64,000 nucleotides of DNA from Octopus bimaculoides (taxonomy: Eukaryota): positions 39,483,945-39,547,944 of the forward strand of contig NC_069001.1 in NCBI RefSeq assembly GCF_001194135.2, given 5' to 3'. Positions within the stretch are counted from its first letter, which is position 1, and each line of letters begins with the position of its first letter. Under the pieces are notes generated by a model. The model did no database searches. It worked only from the letters and a program-made list of their open reading frames with translations, and was not told the origin of the DNA. Made by a program: the position numbers and the translations under genes. Positions 48,931 through 62,703 of this stretch are shown here, in pieces.

Positions 48931-51797
48931 GGTCATGTTTAACCCTGACAGAAACGGTGCTTTGATAAAGGGCTCTCCAGTCATGACGAACCCGTAAATG
49001 TTTCACGGATAATATCATTTAGTGTGATATGAGGTTGATTTGGCTGCTATAGCTGGCCGGTTGATCAACCTCTTAGGTTCACAACACAATTGAATTAAAG
49101 ATAAACCTTTCCCTCGATTGGTTATAAAAAGAAAGACTTAAAGAAGGAGATTAAATATTCCTGACAGCTGGGTGGACGAGGTCAGCCAGAACAGAGTGAA
49201 ATACGAGATCAGTGCACGACAGAAAAATCTATGTACCCGCTGGACTTGCTAGAAATAACAGCCAAATCTCCTTCCAATGTTCTCAGAGATGCCCCAGTAT
49301 GACTACAATACCATATACAGAAACCAATAAGCATTTATTGTGTTCTTTTATCGATCTAGCTGACTGATAGCTGATTTCACTGTAAAATCCTCTCCGAATC
49401 AAGTTTTTTCCTGCAGTTAATATCAATTTACCCCGGAAAGTATTTATTTTTGTTGTTTTCCAGTGATAAATAAATGTATTTGGCATTAAATTTGTTTCAA
49501 GGAAGACTTTGAATCTTTTTCTCTATCTTTGTAAATTATCTTTATAGAATTAATTGAAATAGGAATTTCAATTTGTCCAAACAATGAAATCTTTGATTTG
49601 GTGCATTTATCGGCAAAAATCGAAAGTATGTTTAGCTGTGTATAATGTAAAGTTTACTTTATTCGGTTTGGTTATCAGAACATTAGCTTCCACTTATTAT
49701 CGATACGAAAATTGATTTGTAACGAATAAAATATTATTTAGTGAAACATCTGATATAACGTAACATTAATAAGATTCTCGGAGGTTATGAAGCTTCCTTT
49801 TGTCCGATTTCTATGTGTAAAAACACTTCACAATATTACAGAGTTATTCAATATCAATTGCTAAGAATTATTGCTGTTGTGTTCCTTGTTGAATATCGGA
49901 ATATCCTTATCTAAAATTGGACGGCACAATGCAATATTATGGAAATATGAAACTATAATTTCAATCAACAGATTTGCTTTTAAATCAAGTATTGAGTTAT
50001 ACAGAAAATGATTCAGTTACATTTCTGCTGCTTTCTGTGTGAATATTAACATTGTTGTTCCTCTTGTGCAAATTATCCAGGCCATGAAGTAGTGCCGTAA
50101 TGAAGTGACTATCTAATCCTAATGAGAAGGTTCCTTAATAAACCGCAACACCTTATCACAGCAGCTACCAGTCTCTCTTTCCTAATCACCAATAGGTCTA
50201 CATAGCGAAGTAATGAATTCTAATTATCATTGTGCTGACGATGGAAATGACTTCCAGCCAATACTAATACAATTACATTGACTAACCTATTTCTTAGACT
50301 GATTCAGCGATACAATTCAGACATTATTTCCAATTATTCTTCAACACTGTCCATCACCAAGATCTGTAATTTGTGTGAAAATCTGTTTTATTGAATAGCT
50401 TTGGTGTGGTGGACTTAATCTGTCACCCAGTTTGAATGGATTTGGTTGTATTTAGCAGAGACACATAACTGTAAGAATCAGACTCGGGTCTCCCGGTCCG
50501 GGGGTGACTGCCACTCTCCCCCTCCCCCCTCCCACCACCGTAGCCTTCCTCTCCCATGTCGTGGCCTCCTTCCACCGGCCTTGTCCTCCTCTCACCACAC
50601 TTGCCCTCCCTCCCACCACCCTTGCCCTCCTCCCTCCCTGTTGTCAAGGACGTCTANNNNNNNNNNNNNNNNNNNNNNNNNNNNNNNNNNNNNNNNNNNN
50701 NNNNNNNNNNNNNNNNNNNNNNNNNNNNNNNNNNNNNNNNNNNNNNNNNNNNNNNNNNNNNNNNNNNNNNNNNNNNNNNNNNNNNNNNNNNNNNNNNNNN
50801 NNNNNNNNNNNNNNNNNNNNNNNNNNNNNNNNNNNNNNNNNNNNNNNNNNNNNNNNNNNNNNNNNNNNNNNNNNNNNNNNNNNNNNNNNNNNNNNNNNNN
50901 NNNNNNNNNNNNNNNNNNNNNNNNNNNNNNNNNNNNNNNNNNNNNNNNNNNNNNNNNNNNNNNNNNNNNNNNNNNNNNNNNNNNNNNNNNNNNNNNNNNN
51001 NNNNNNNNNNNNNNNNNNNNNNNNNNNNNNNNNNNNNNNNNNNNNNNNNNNNNNNNNNNNNNNNNNNNNNNNNNNNNNNNNNNNNNNNNNNNNNNNNNNN
51101 NNNNNNNNNNNNNNNNNNNNNNNNNNNNNNNNNNNNNNNNNNNNNNNNNNNNNNNNNNNNNNNNNNNNNNNNNNNNNNNNNNNNNNNNNNNNNNNNNNNN
51201 NNNNNNNNNNNNNNNNNNNNNNNNNNNNNNNNNNNNNNNNNNNNNNNNNNNNNNNNNNNNNNNNNNNNNNNNNNNNNNNNNNNNNNNNNNNNNNNNNNNN
51301 NNNNNNNNNNNNNNNNNNNNNNNNNNNNNNNNNNNNNNNNNNNNNNNNNNNNNNNNNNNNNNNNNNNNNNNNNNNNNNNNNNNNNNNNNNNNNNNNNNNN
51401 NNNNNNNNNNNNNNNNNNNNNNNNNNNNNNNNNNNNNNNNNNNNNNNNNNNNNNNNNNNNNNNNNNNNNNNNNNNNNNNNNNNNNNNNNNNNNNNNNNNN
51501 NNNNNNNNNNNNNNNNNNNNNNNNNNNNNNNNNNNNNNNNNNNNNNNNNNNNNNNNNNNNNNNNNNNNNNNNNNNNNNNNNNNNNNNNNNNNNNNNGGAT
51601 TTTCTGTTTCTTTTGACTTAATTTTTGAGAGCGGTCGGGTTCATTTTTAGTATTCTCGTTTGTGAGAGCAGTTGAGTTTATTTCAGATATCCTCATTTTA
51701 AAAATCATCTCTGGCTAATCGTTGAGAGGACGTTGATGTTGTCTTGGCGGAGGTTTGCGCTCTCTGAGTGCTCTTATTATTATTTTATCATTTTGCA

Positions 51798-51962
51798 GCC
51801 AGTTCGTCTGTCTTTACGTTCTGAGTTCAAATTCCGCCGAGGTCGACTTTACTGTTCATCTTTTCGGGATCGATAAATTAAGTACCAGTTGCGTACTGGG
51901 GTCAATCTAATTGACTAGCCCCTTCCCCAAAATGTCAGGCCTTGTGTCTAGAGTAGAAAAGA
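51798..51962 (+). mobile_element. SINE family A (5'-truncated)
   Basis: acgttctgagttcaaattccgccgaggtcgacttt...gataaattaagtaccagttgcgtactgggg...gagtagaaaa. Confidence 0.9.
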
Positions 51963-52270
51963 TAATTTTGCTGCCGGTCGTCGTGACTCGGACTATACAT
52001 GTCTTTGGCATCACTTGATAAGCTCCCCCCGTACCGATCGGGTTTTCGCTTGAGTTCGCCGTTTATTGTGATCAGTTCCTTCCCACTACATGTTCTTCTT
52101 TGCGGTATCTTTGAATTTCAGTCTACGTCTTCCATGCTTTTTTGTCCCCTTACATAGTTGAGAATAAAGGGTTTGTCTGGGGAGTTTGTTGTTGTCCATC
52201 CCGTGACTCAACCAACGTAAATTTCTAGCATTAATTCGAACAAGCAGTTGTGAGGTGCCGACAGTTACGA

Positions 52271-52310
<40 letters not shown>

Positions 52311-52380
52311 TTATGTAAGTGTCTGATACTGCCTTTTTACTTACAATACCTAATCATTTTCTTTTTGTTCTTTTCTCCAG

Positions 52381-52645
52381 CCTTCGACCGGCTTCAAGGA
52401 AATAACAACGACTATAGCAGAGATATGATTGGTGCCGCAGGTAGCCGACATGTTACCCAACGGAGAAGGGCGTCGCTGGCGTTTCCTCACACGACACCGC
52501 ACCAGTCGGTATTCAACAATTTACAAGAAGATGGCGAGGAGATCCGCTTGCCGACCGTGCCAAGGCGCAGGGTGGTGGACACCTCGGATTTACGCACATG
52601 CGCCATACTGCAGACCCGCCTAAAGAATGTGAAGCACTACCCTGA
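52381..52645 (+). CDS. Internal coding exon of an unidentified gene: (x)FDRLQGNNNDYSRDMIGAAGSRHVTQRRRASLAFPHTTPHQSVFNNLQEDGEEIRLPTVPRRRVVDTSDLRTCAILQTRLKNVKHYP(E/D)
   Basis: Branch-like cctaatc and a long pyrimidine tract end in ctccAG at 52379-80. The frame is open for 87 full codons, and the sequence is GC/CpG-rich against an AT-rich background. Consensus donor GA|GTAAGT at 52646. Phase 1 in, phase 2 out. Protein family not recognised. Confidence 0.8.
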
Positions 52646-52837
52646 GTAAGTAACCTTTATAATCCCAAATCCTTTACTCTAATACGTTGGCCTGAATTCT
52701 CAAATATTCTTCTTGCTTTTTACGAACTAACCCAAGTTTTAAAGAACATTTAAGGCTGTTTATTAACGTAGATGCGTGTGTGTGTGAATGTGGACAGTAC
52801 TTTAGATGTTTATAAACACATATAATAATAATAATAA

Positions 52838-52877
<40 letters not shown>

Positions 52878-54324
52878 AATAATACAAAGTAAAAAAAAAT
52901 GTAACAAACATACATATTATCTCCGTCTTCTGATAAGTGAGCAACCGCTCTCTAAAATGTATAAAGAACACTCAGCATAATCTTGTTTTAAATCATGGAT
53001 TTTAAAGAACACACACACACATACACACACAAAAGCATGTATATAAATGTATTGACGTTTCAAGAATGTTAAAATTAACAACAGCTGTTTAAAATATTGA
53101 TCTCTCGGGGCATTTTCGAATGACGTATAATGATAGTTAGAAACACAAATTCTGAAATATCTAAGTTGTAAATCTTGAACGGTTACAAGAATTGTGTTGA
53201 TTCCTTTTCACTGTAAAATATGATAAGCCAGGTAAGTATTAAACGAAAAACATTTTTACCTGGAATGTATGTTGATGTTTTTGGAGAGGATCCCCAAATT
53301 ATGACGTATGTGAGACAAAATAACTTCCTTCGCTGGAAAATATTAACTGTTAATTTCTCAGACTTTTAACAAATATCAAAACAAAACAAAACATAAAAAA
53401 GAAAGAAAAAAGGCCTCGTGACATTTATTTATATTAACCTCAGAATTCCAAAACATGTTAAAGAGTTTGCTGGACAACAATGGTTGTGGCTATGATTTTA
53501 ATTTATCTGGCGTTACGATTCTAATCTATCTGGCGTGGCGTGCATGGCAAATAAGGATGTGATAAATATTTTCTATATCTTCCAATTAATGTAGATTTGT
53601 CTCAATATCGATATCTGGTCGAAATGATCCGTTTCAGTATTGCTTTATCGAAATGCAGTAATTTTTCTGGGCACTCTTAAAATTTTTGAAATCCTGCTTT
53701 TGTTTCAATTTGATGAGAATGGCTCCATTTCCAACCCCAGCCCAAGTTATAGCGGTAGAACCCCTGCACCTTACTCACCAGAATGCAAATGTAACGCATC
53801 TCCATGTCCTCTGCACAAATATTGAGTCATGGACGCGATTGTATTTGGTGCAAAGCGAACCACTGTGAATTGTTTCAACAAAAGCTACATAGGATTAACA
53901 TAAATTACTTATAAAACCAGATATCCACAGCTCCCCACTCTCCCAGAGTTAGCAATAAAGTTCACGTCTCTATTGGCATACATATGAAAACTAAAAGCAA
54001 GTGAAATTAACAACATTCCTGTTATCTGTAGAATTGTGAAAAGGTCACTTTGAGTTGATACTGATCAGAGATGCGATTATACCTCGCAGAAAAATAAAAC
54101 TTGACTGAACGCTTCAGAAGGTTTTGACAAACAATAATCAGAATTATATTCTACTTCCAGGCAAAACGATCAAATTTCTCATCAAAAAGTTTCATCTGTA
54201 AACCTCGTATGCAATAATCTCAACCACTAACCGGTCATGCTATACACTGGTTAAAAATACTTTGCAACATCATCTAATAATTTTTATCTCTACAGCACAA
54301 CGTTCGTCTGCTGGTCATTGCCAG

Positions 54325-54505
<181 letters not shown>

Positions 54506-55184
54506 ATCTGTGGATTCCGCTTCTATACAAAAGATGACTGATCATTTTACAGAAAATCATTTCACATCCACCAGAAACCTATCTATCTATCTATCTATCT
54601 ACACACACACACACAGTAGCTACTTCAGTGAAATGGTTTCAAACTAGTATCTATATATCTATTATCTCTATGCACAGCAACATTCAGCCGTGGTTAACGT
54701 AGATATCAAAGCAAAAGTGTAGCGTGTCACGTGTTGTGTGACGTTTCCGCATTTCGTTCTATGTCAGTTGCACTTGAAAGAAATAACTATAATAAACCAA
54801 ATAAACGTAGATCTTTTCTCCAATGAAAATTAATAATAATAATGGTTTCAAATTTTGGCACAAGGAGGAGGAGGGGTTAAGTCAATTACGTGGAATCCAG
54901 TCTTCAACTGCTACTACATTGTTATCCAACGTTACGTTCTTTAAGACAATGTTATACGTTTTGAAGGAGAGACGGCAACAACATAGCGGCACATTTATCG
55001 TCTTCTGTGTTGAGGGTGTTGTTTACAGAGGCTGGACAGTAGGGGTTAAGTTTTGAAATTGTAGAATGTTGCCTCTACCTAACAGTAATATATCGTTGAC
55101 AATGTTTCCAGGTCTGAGAACTGGAACGATTTCTATATTCTTGTTTCTGTTTTCTTTAATTACAAATGGTGAATGACAGAATGG

Positions 55185-55340
55185 TTAGAGAAGCGGGCAA
55201 ATATGATTTCAAGAATTTGGATACAGGTCTTTACATTCTGAGTTATGTCCCCAGTAAAGTCATTTATTATTTTCTTCTTTTCAGGGTAGGTAAAATAAAG
55301 TACCAGTCATACTGTGGTCAATTAGCCTAACTAAATCCCA
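55185..55340 (+). mobile_element. Degenerate SINE family A
   Basis: cagaatggttag...acattctgagtt...taaaataaagtaccagtc. Confidence 0.5.
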
Positions 55341-55743
55341 TCCGAAAATCCATCTCCGTCAGACAGTCTTAAAGAATATGAACGAGATGAAGGACATAAT
55401 TATTAGAATTTATTACTGATATGATTAGTAGAACACCAGCGATTTGTTGTTCCGTGTCTCTACCTTCTGACTTTAAAATCCACCCGGGCTACCCTTATCT
55501 CTGTTCATTCTAGGCTTGATAAAATAATAAAAACCTCAAATTACTGGTTAGTCCAGCCTGATGGAAGTTTCGTTGGAATTTCCTCCATGTCTGTATTAAT
55601 TCTGACAACCTTGATGTCACCTGTTTCTGGCGAAGACATGGCGAACACAACAACGCCTTTGTTCTACACCAAAGCATTTAAAAATATAAAAATGTTTGAA
55701 TCCAACATTTGTTGTTGCTGTTGTTCTTATCGTTACTACGATT

Positions 55744-55955
55744 CAGGCTGCTATCAGAATCGTTAGCGCATCAGATAAAAAAGCTTGGCGGCACTTCATG
55801 TCTTTATATTCTGAGTTCAAATAACACCGAGAACGATTTTACCTTTCAGTTTCTCGAGGTCGATAACATAAATAGCAGTCAAGCTCTGAGGTCAAAGTAT
55901 GCGACTGACCCCTTCGCCAGAATTTCAGACCTAGAGCTTGTAGTAGAAAGGATTA
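55744..55955 (+). mobile_element. SINE family A
   Basis: cagaatcgttagcgc...ttctgagttcaaat...ctcgaggtcgataa...cttgtagtagaaaggattagtatt. Confidence 0.8.
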
Positions 55956-57029
55956 GTATTACCAAGGCAGAGATTCGTTCGATCGTTGAATCGTCCGATT
56001 CATTGTCTTATCGGACTTCTGTTTTTATTCTTGGATCGATAAAAATAATCAAACGCTGGGATCGATAAAACCCACTCTCACATCCTCCACCCAGTACTTC
56101 TGACTTAGTACTCGTTATAAATCCTTGTTAAGGTAGGGGAGTCATAAACAAGAAACACACTAACACAACATGAGACAAATAACGCATCGATTTTGAAATA
56201 ATGCTTCAAGGGGAGTAACTCTCAAAGCCTTAATATATACTTTCTCAGAGTTATTTCCCTTTGTATGACTATTATGAGCTAAAATCATGTGAAATTATGA
56301 ATTAAGATGTGTTTTAATTTTATTCTAGCAAAGCAAGAAAATTTTAAATTTAAAATTACTCTAGCATTTAAATCAGTCATCAGAAAATAAAATCTTTATT
56401 CTAAGAGTTCTCTTTAGGCTTTAACCAGATTTTTCTCTGTCATTAGAAATTATTGCTGGGTAGGGATGGTTCTTTCATTCATATCCATGTCGCTCTCTAT
56501 CTCGAAAAGGGAGAGAGTTTGGCAGGATGATGTGTTCGCATCCTAAAAACTCTGGATGCTACGACATCGTTCCTACGATTTTATCTGGGAGGTAACGCTA
56601 ACCTTCACTTCAATATATATGTGCGTGTCTGTGGGATGATGTATGTATGTATGTAAGTAAGTTACTCTTGTTCGAGGAATATTCAGGCAGTTACATATTG
56701 ATTTCGCGAGAAGTAATTCTCTTGATCGAAGAGTTGAATACTCATCGTCGTTACCGATGAGGAAACCATCATAAACATATAAAAATGCGTCGTTTGTGAA
56801 ATTTGTCTTTCCTTTTCTTGTTATTTTTGTAGAACATCTGTCCACGTCGCCATTATTTTCCTGTTTCCCTTCAATATATTCTAAGTTCACTTTAACAAGA
56901 CTACATTAGAATTACAAGCCATGAAGTATCTCTTATCTCTTCTTTTTGTGTATATACGATACCGTTGCTGTCGTAATCGTTGTTTTTGTCCTGCTTAGTC
57001 AATTTTCTTCGCTCCGGCCATTTCTAATT

Positions 57030-57245
57030 GGTCTTACGTCGCGCTATTTAGTTCCGACTTCTTTCGCTGTGAGTTCATATCCTATCAACGCCAACATAGC
57101 CTTTTATCGTTCTTAGAGTCAGCACAATAAAATACTAAATATACATTGAGGTCATTGCAATCGATTATACTCCTTCCCTCCCTCCAACCTTCCCTCCCGC
57201 CTTCCTTCCCTCCCGCCTTCCTTCCCTCCCTCGAATTTCAGCTCT
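57030..57245 (+). mobile_element. Degenerate SINE family A with an expanded pyrimidine repeat (ccttccctcccgcctt) at 57170-57232
   Basis: gtgagttcatatcc...gccttttatcgttc...gcaatcgattatactccttccc...cgaatttcagctc. Confidence 0.5.
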
Positions 57246-57627
57246 CATATTCATCAACAAGAAATCAATAACCAGTCACCTGTCACTGCCCCGACATTAT
57301 CGATTTGTGACAATATTTTACTTACTTAAGAATTTATCAGTAAATTTATTGTTAATGTTCCTTCCTCAAAGAAAAAGAAGGTAACTTTTTCCCCTTTACA
57401 CTACTTCCTTAACAATTCTTAGTTTTTCTATCTCTCCCTGTCATTACTAAACCCCAGAAGGGGTTCCTAGGAGGGCCCCGGACTTTTAAAAAATCTAATT
57501 GAAAGTTTTACTACCAATGCATAAACCTCGAAAACAGTTTTATTCATACCTTTAAGATACACAATTTTTAATAGAATAAACAAGAATATTATAAATATTA
57601 ATTAATATAAATTTTATAAAAGCATAA

Positions 57628-57845
57628 AGCGCCGAACTGGAAAAATCGTTCGGACGCCGGACAAAATGTTTCACGGCATTTCATCTGTCTTAACGTTCCG
57701 AGTTCATATTCTGCCGAGGTCGACGCTGCCTTTCATCCTTTTCAGGGTCGATAAAATAAGTACCAGTTACGCACTGGTGTCGATGTAATCGGCTTACTCC
57801 CACTCCCGGCATTGCTAGTCATGCACCAAAATTTCAAACCAATAT
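57628..57845 (+). mobile_element. SINE family A
   Basis: aatcgttcggacgccggacaaaatg...gttccgagttcatattctgccgaggtcgacgctgcctttcatcc...ataaaataagtaccag. Confidence 0.9.
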
Positions 57846-58886
57846 TAATTTTATAAAAACATAAGCTTTGCATTTCTTTTACTTCTTTTTTAAACTAATT
57901 CCTCCGACGCGAACCCATAATTTTCCGTTTGAGGCAAAGTCCTAAAACATTGATGTGCACTGATTTATCATAGATTCACTTTCTGAAATTAATCCTAATT
58001 TTGTAGACACCGTATTAGCGTTTTTGCTGCATACGTTTTCTATTTTCCGCATAATTTGCTATTAAATTGTTTTTTAAAGAAATCAATAGATGAGTCGGGA
58101 GTTTAATAAAGTGTTTAGCTCTAAGCTACAGCAGAAAATCTAACGACAAATATTTCGAAAGGCCTGAGTTAATGGCTCTTTAAATGTTAATAATGGCTGT
58201 TAAAGTGAAAGTTGAAAGGGAGAGAATTGGTTATCTCTCGCGTTAAACCATATTGATATCTTTGTGATATAGGAATTTATAATTGTCTAATTCTATTTGA
58301 TATGATATAAACATGATAAATGTGTAATAAAATATATAATAAAATCGTATTGAAATGGTATCGTTGTGGTCTATAAATTTATAAATTCTACTTGATATAA
58401 TAAAAATATAATTAGTATTATATATGTAATGATATATGATACAGTTCACCCGTTTGAACAACCACTCAATCCGTGGATATGCCTTTAGTGGAAGTCCCTC
58501 TGTTATAAGTACTCAACCCAGACGATGATTTCACACCCTCCTCAGTGTGTGTGTGTGTGTGTGAAGCCACAGAGAAGACCACCAGGTGGCTTCGGATAAA
58601 TAGGGCCGAGTGGTAGTTTGCTCCTACTGGGAGGTAACCGGAGATTTAATCAACCCCCGGATGGGTCAACAGGGCGGGTGAGGGAGGGAAAGGATGATTT
58701 TTGAATGACCCAAAACACTCTGAGACCTTAGGTACATCAACTGATGCTGTCTTTCTGAGCATCCGTAAGCTGTATTTTGGAGCAATAAATATATATGCAC
58801 ATACCAAGTCAAGGGCCCACAACTCTGTCGTGACCCAGAGCCTGTCTTGGGAATTTTGAACTGGCAGAACCCATCCGTCTTCAAGT

Positions 58887-58920
<34 letters not shown>

Positions 58921-59568
58921 TCGTTGTGTTTGTTATAGTTTATTATTATTTATAAATTATTCGACTCTTTACAAACTTACATGTTCGTTGACAATTATTT
59001 ATAAAAGCAAAATTATTTACTTTTTCTGAGTCTGTATTAACCAGAATTTAGCAAAACCTTCTCATATCTGATATTCAGTACATGTTGTAGGACTGCTGAA
59101 TAGGGGTTACTTCACGTAGCAACGCATTATTATTGAACTGTTATAACTTCTAACAATTATTAGAACTGATTGTTTTAGCTTTTAGACTAATTCCTATTTT
59201 CTTGAAATAAATCTACAGAAAAAAGTGTAAATTGTATTCTGTATTCAAAGAGACAACGTCTGTCGAATGGAAAACTAGAGAATTCGATTTTAGTGGAGAG
59301 AGATTTACAATTTGAATAATTCAAACCGAATGTTATGGCCTCGATTCCTCCTCCGACTTGTTGCGGAAGAAGTCCTAGAATGGGGTCAGAGCACTGCACT
59401 TTACCCCCAGAATAAACGAATAAATGTAAACCTTGCATCTATACACTTGCACATAAACATGTACACACACATAACACATGTACACACACATAACACATGC
59501 ACACACAATCATACACACACATATACACACACGCTCTGCAGTATATATTGCGTTTGTAACACTATACA

Positions 59569-59603
<35 letters not shown>

Positions 59604-60188
59604 GACCACTATTCTACGTCCTCCCCCTCGTCAAGCTCCACATTCCATCCACCCTAATCTGTAAACTGCACCGAAAGCTGGCAATCAATTATCTAACAGC
59701 AATATTCTACAGAAACACTTCACTTCTTCCTTTTACTTCTCTCTCTCTCTCTCTCTCTTTCTCTCGTACACTTCCGCATAAACTCGTGCACACGCACATA
59801 TGCGTGTGTGGGAGGCTGTTTGTGTGTGTGTGTGTGTCTCTTTGTATATGCGTATATTTATGGATATTTTAGTGTATATGTATATGTATAGTGTGGGTGT
59901 GCGCGCGCGCGCGTCCGCATGTACAAGAACTCTGACCAGTGAATAAATCAATATAGATCCTTCAACTCGTAATTGACCCTCATCCTAACCCTGACCAAGG
60001 TATATTCAGCCACCTTTGCCGCTATATACCATAAGACTGATTCGTTGGTGTGGCACCGACCTCACTGTGAAATGACAAGTGGGTTGCTGGTTCGCGCCAC
60101 CGAAATATCGAAACTTCTCACAGCAAATCAATGATCGCAACTGGTTGATTCTCTATCCTCGTCTACCGCTACAGTTTTCTACCTTCTT

Positions 60189-60278
60189 CTTTACATGATA
60201 CCCCCTCCATATATTTTTCTTTACATGATACCCCCTCCATATATTTTTCTTTACATGGTACCCCCTCCATATATTTTT
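60189..60278. repeat. 3 x 30-bp minisatellite ctttacatgataccccctccatatattttt
   Basis: Three copies; the third has one substitution (catgGta). Confidence 0.95.
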
Positions 60279-60687
60279 CCATATATGTTATTTTCTGTCT
60301 TTATGTAACCTTGTGCACCTCTACATATTTCTCGGTAATTGTATCGGTAACGTAGCAAGAACTTTAAGCTTGCAGGTACAAACATATTTTTGATGATGAT
60401 GATGACTGTGTGTGTGTGTGTGTGTGTGTTTTCTTTGTGCATGTGTGTGTATAACGCAGATAAATCCGGCTTGTGCCTGCTAAACTTGGTAAGACCATTT
60501 GCGTGTTCTCAAACGAAACGAAACATCTTTTGTTGTACTCACTGTTTTAATAAAATGTGTATTTATGTTAAGTCTACAATACCGTGTATGTGTGCGTGTG
60601 TGTGTGTGTGTGTAAGCATTCTAATAAATTTGATGGTGAACTTAGCTTATCTCCATTATTTTTTCTCTCTATCTTGCCTTTTGCTCT

Positions 60688-60732
<45 letters not shown>

Positions 60733-60738
60733 ATCTAT

Positions 60739-60778
<40 letters not shown>

Positions 60779-61557
60779 ATCAATTCGTCTTTTGTTTTTT
60801 ACCACACATACCCACAATGTGTGTCTTAAGCGCTATCTATTGCTATGAAATGATGTTTGTATATTTATATTGTAGAAAATTATAGCGTTGAAGCTTTGTA
60901 TTGATAAATGTAAGACCCTAGTGCGGTGCGTGTGTGTGTGTTTGTGTGTGTGTGTGTGCGTTCGTGCATGCACGTGGTACATGTTGCCATTATTATTATT
61001 CACTAAACTTTCACCTAAAGATGTCCAGTTACACCTAACAACAACCATTTCAATGGAATATGTCAAATAAAAGATGTTTTTCATAATATATTTTACAGCT
61101 GCCATTTATTGGGTGGTAGTCACTAAATTAACATTATTCCCATACCAGAAATCGAAACTGGATCGCCCAGGTGAAACACAAAATCGAAATTAGTACGCTA
61201 CAATTTATTACATCCATTAATACTACAACTACCACCACCACCTTTGGTAGCAATGGTGGGGGTGGTTGTGTGTGTGTGTGTGTGTGCGTGTATATATATA
61301 TATATATATATATATANNNNNNNNNNNNNNNNNNNNNNNNNNNNNNNNNNNNNNNNNNNNNNNNNNNNNNNNNNNNNNNNNNNNNNNNNNNNNNNNNNNN
61401 NNNNNNNNNNNNNNNNNNNNNNNNNNNNNNNNNNNNNNNNNNNNNNNNNNNNNNNNNNNNNNNNNNNNNNNNNNNNNNNNNNNNNNNNNNNNNNNNNNNN
61501 NNNNNNNNNNNNNNNNNNNNNNNNNNNNNNNNNNNNNNNNNNNNNNNNNNNNNNNNN

Positions 61558-61599
<42 letters not shown>

Positions 61600-61665
61600 C
61601 GTGCGTAGGTATATGTCTGTGTGTATATATACATATATGTTTGTATGTATGTATAAGTCTACATA

Positions 61666-61724
<59 letters not shown>

Positions 61725-61761
61725 NNNNNNNNNNNNNNNNNNNNNNNNNNNNNNNNGTATA

Positions 61762-61824
<63 letters not shown>

Positions 61825-62308
61825 GCATGCATGCATGCATGCATGTCTGTGTGTTCGTTCTACTCCCGTCATGCTCTATTTTGTCTTCTTTCTGTGGCTG
61901 ATTGGATAAATATCATTAAAATATTGTTACGTGTAATGAGTTGCGAGTGGGTGTAATGCGGGGTGTTCTGCTGACACCAATAGCTGTCAAACAAGTCTCT
62001 CGCACATTGTACACAGATCTCGTTAGAGGGAGCGACAACAATGTTTTTACAATAATAATCTTAGTTGGACAGAAGAAAGAGAATTTTTTTTGTTTTTTAT
62101 TTAGAATGAATTAATCAATATTGCAGCCAAGTTTTTCAACTCCATAATCTTAATTGTATTAATTAGTAAGCCACGTAACTATAGAAACGCAACGTGGAGA
62201 CCAGTTATTTCGATTCTGTTTGTATGTGATTTTATTTTATCATGCGATGGATTTTATCTTATTTCGTAGCCAAACGTTGAAGAATGTTTTAGGATCTAAG
62301 ATATGATA

Positions 62309-62499
62309 ATTCTTTCTACTACAGGCATGAAATTTGAGGGGAGGGATCTAGCCGATTACATCGTTTCTCGTGCTCAATTTATTGACCTCCGAAAGAACGA
62401 AAGTCGACCTCGGCGGAATTTGAACTCAGAACGTAGCGACGAACGAAATGCCGTTAAGCATTTCGTCCGGCGTGCTAACGATTCTGCCAGCTCGCTGCC
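62309..62499 (-). mobile_element. SINE family A
   Basis: gtcgacctcggcggaatttgaactcagaacgtagcg...tttcgtccggcgtgctaacgattctgccagctcgc. Confidence 0.9.
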
Positions 62500-62504
62500 T
62501 TAAT

Positions 62505-62685
62505 AATCGTAATTAAGGCTTCCAATTTTGCCACAAGGGCATCCATTTGGCAGGAGGGGACAAGTCGATTACGTCAACCCCAGTGTTTCACTGGTACTTA
62601 ATTCATCGACCCCGAAAGTATGAAAGGTCGAAGTCGAACTCGGAGGGTTGAACTCGGAACGTAGCATTTCGTCCAGTATATTCAC
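62505..62685 (-). mobile_element. SINE family A with a deleted head
   Basis: ccacaagggc...gtcgattacgtcaaccccagtgtttcactggtactt...gaactcggaacgtagc. Confidence 0.85.
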
Positions 62686-62703
62686 GATAATAATAATAAT
62701 AGT

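Noticed and set aside
53779-53862. 84-nt minus-strand exon candidate; also 56666-56900 and strong minus donors near 6277, 6689 and 13071
   Set aside because: GTAAGT/GTGAGT hexamers occur often by chance in 64 kb; the peptides are unrecognised and form no coherent gene model.
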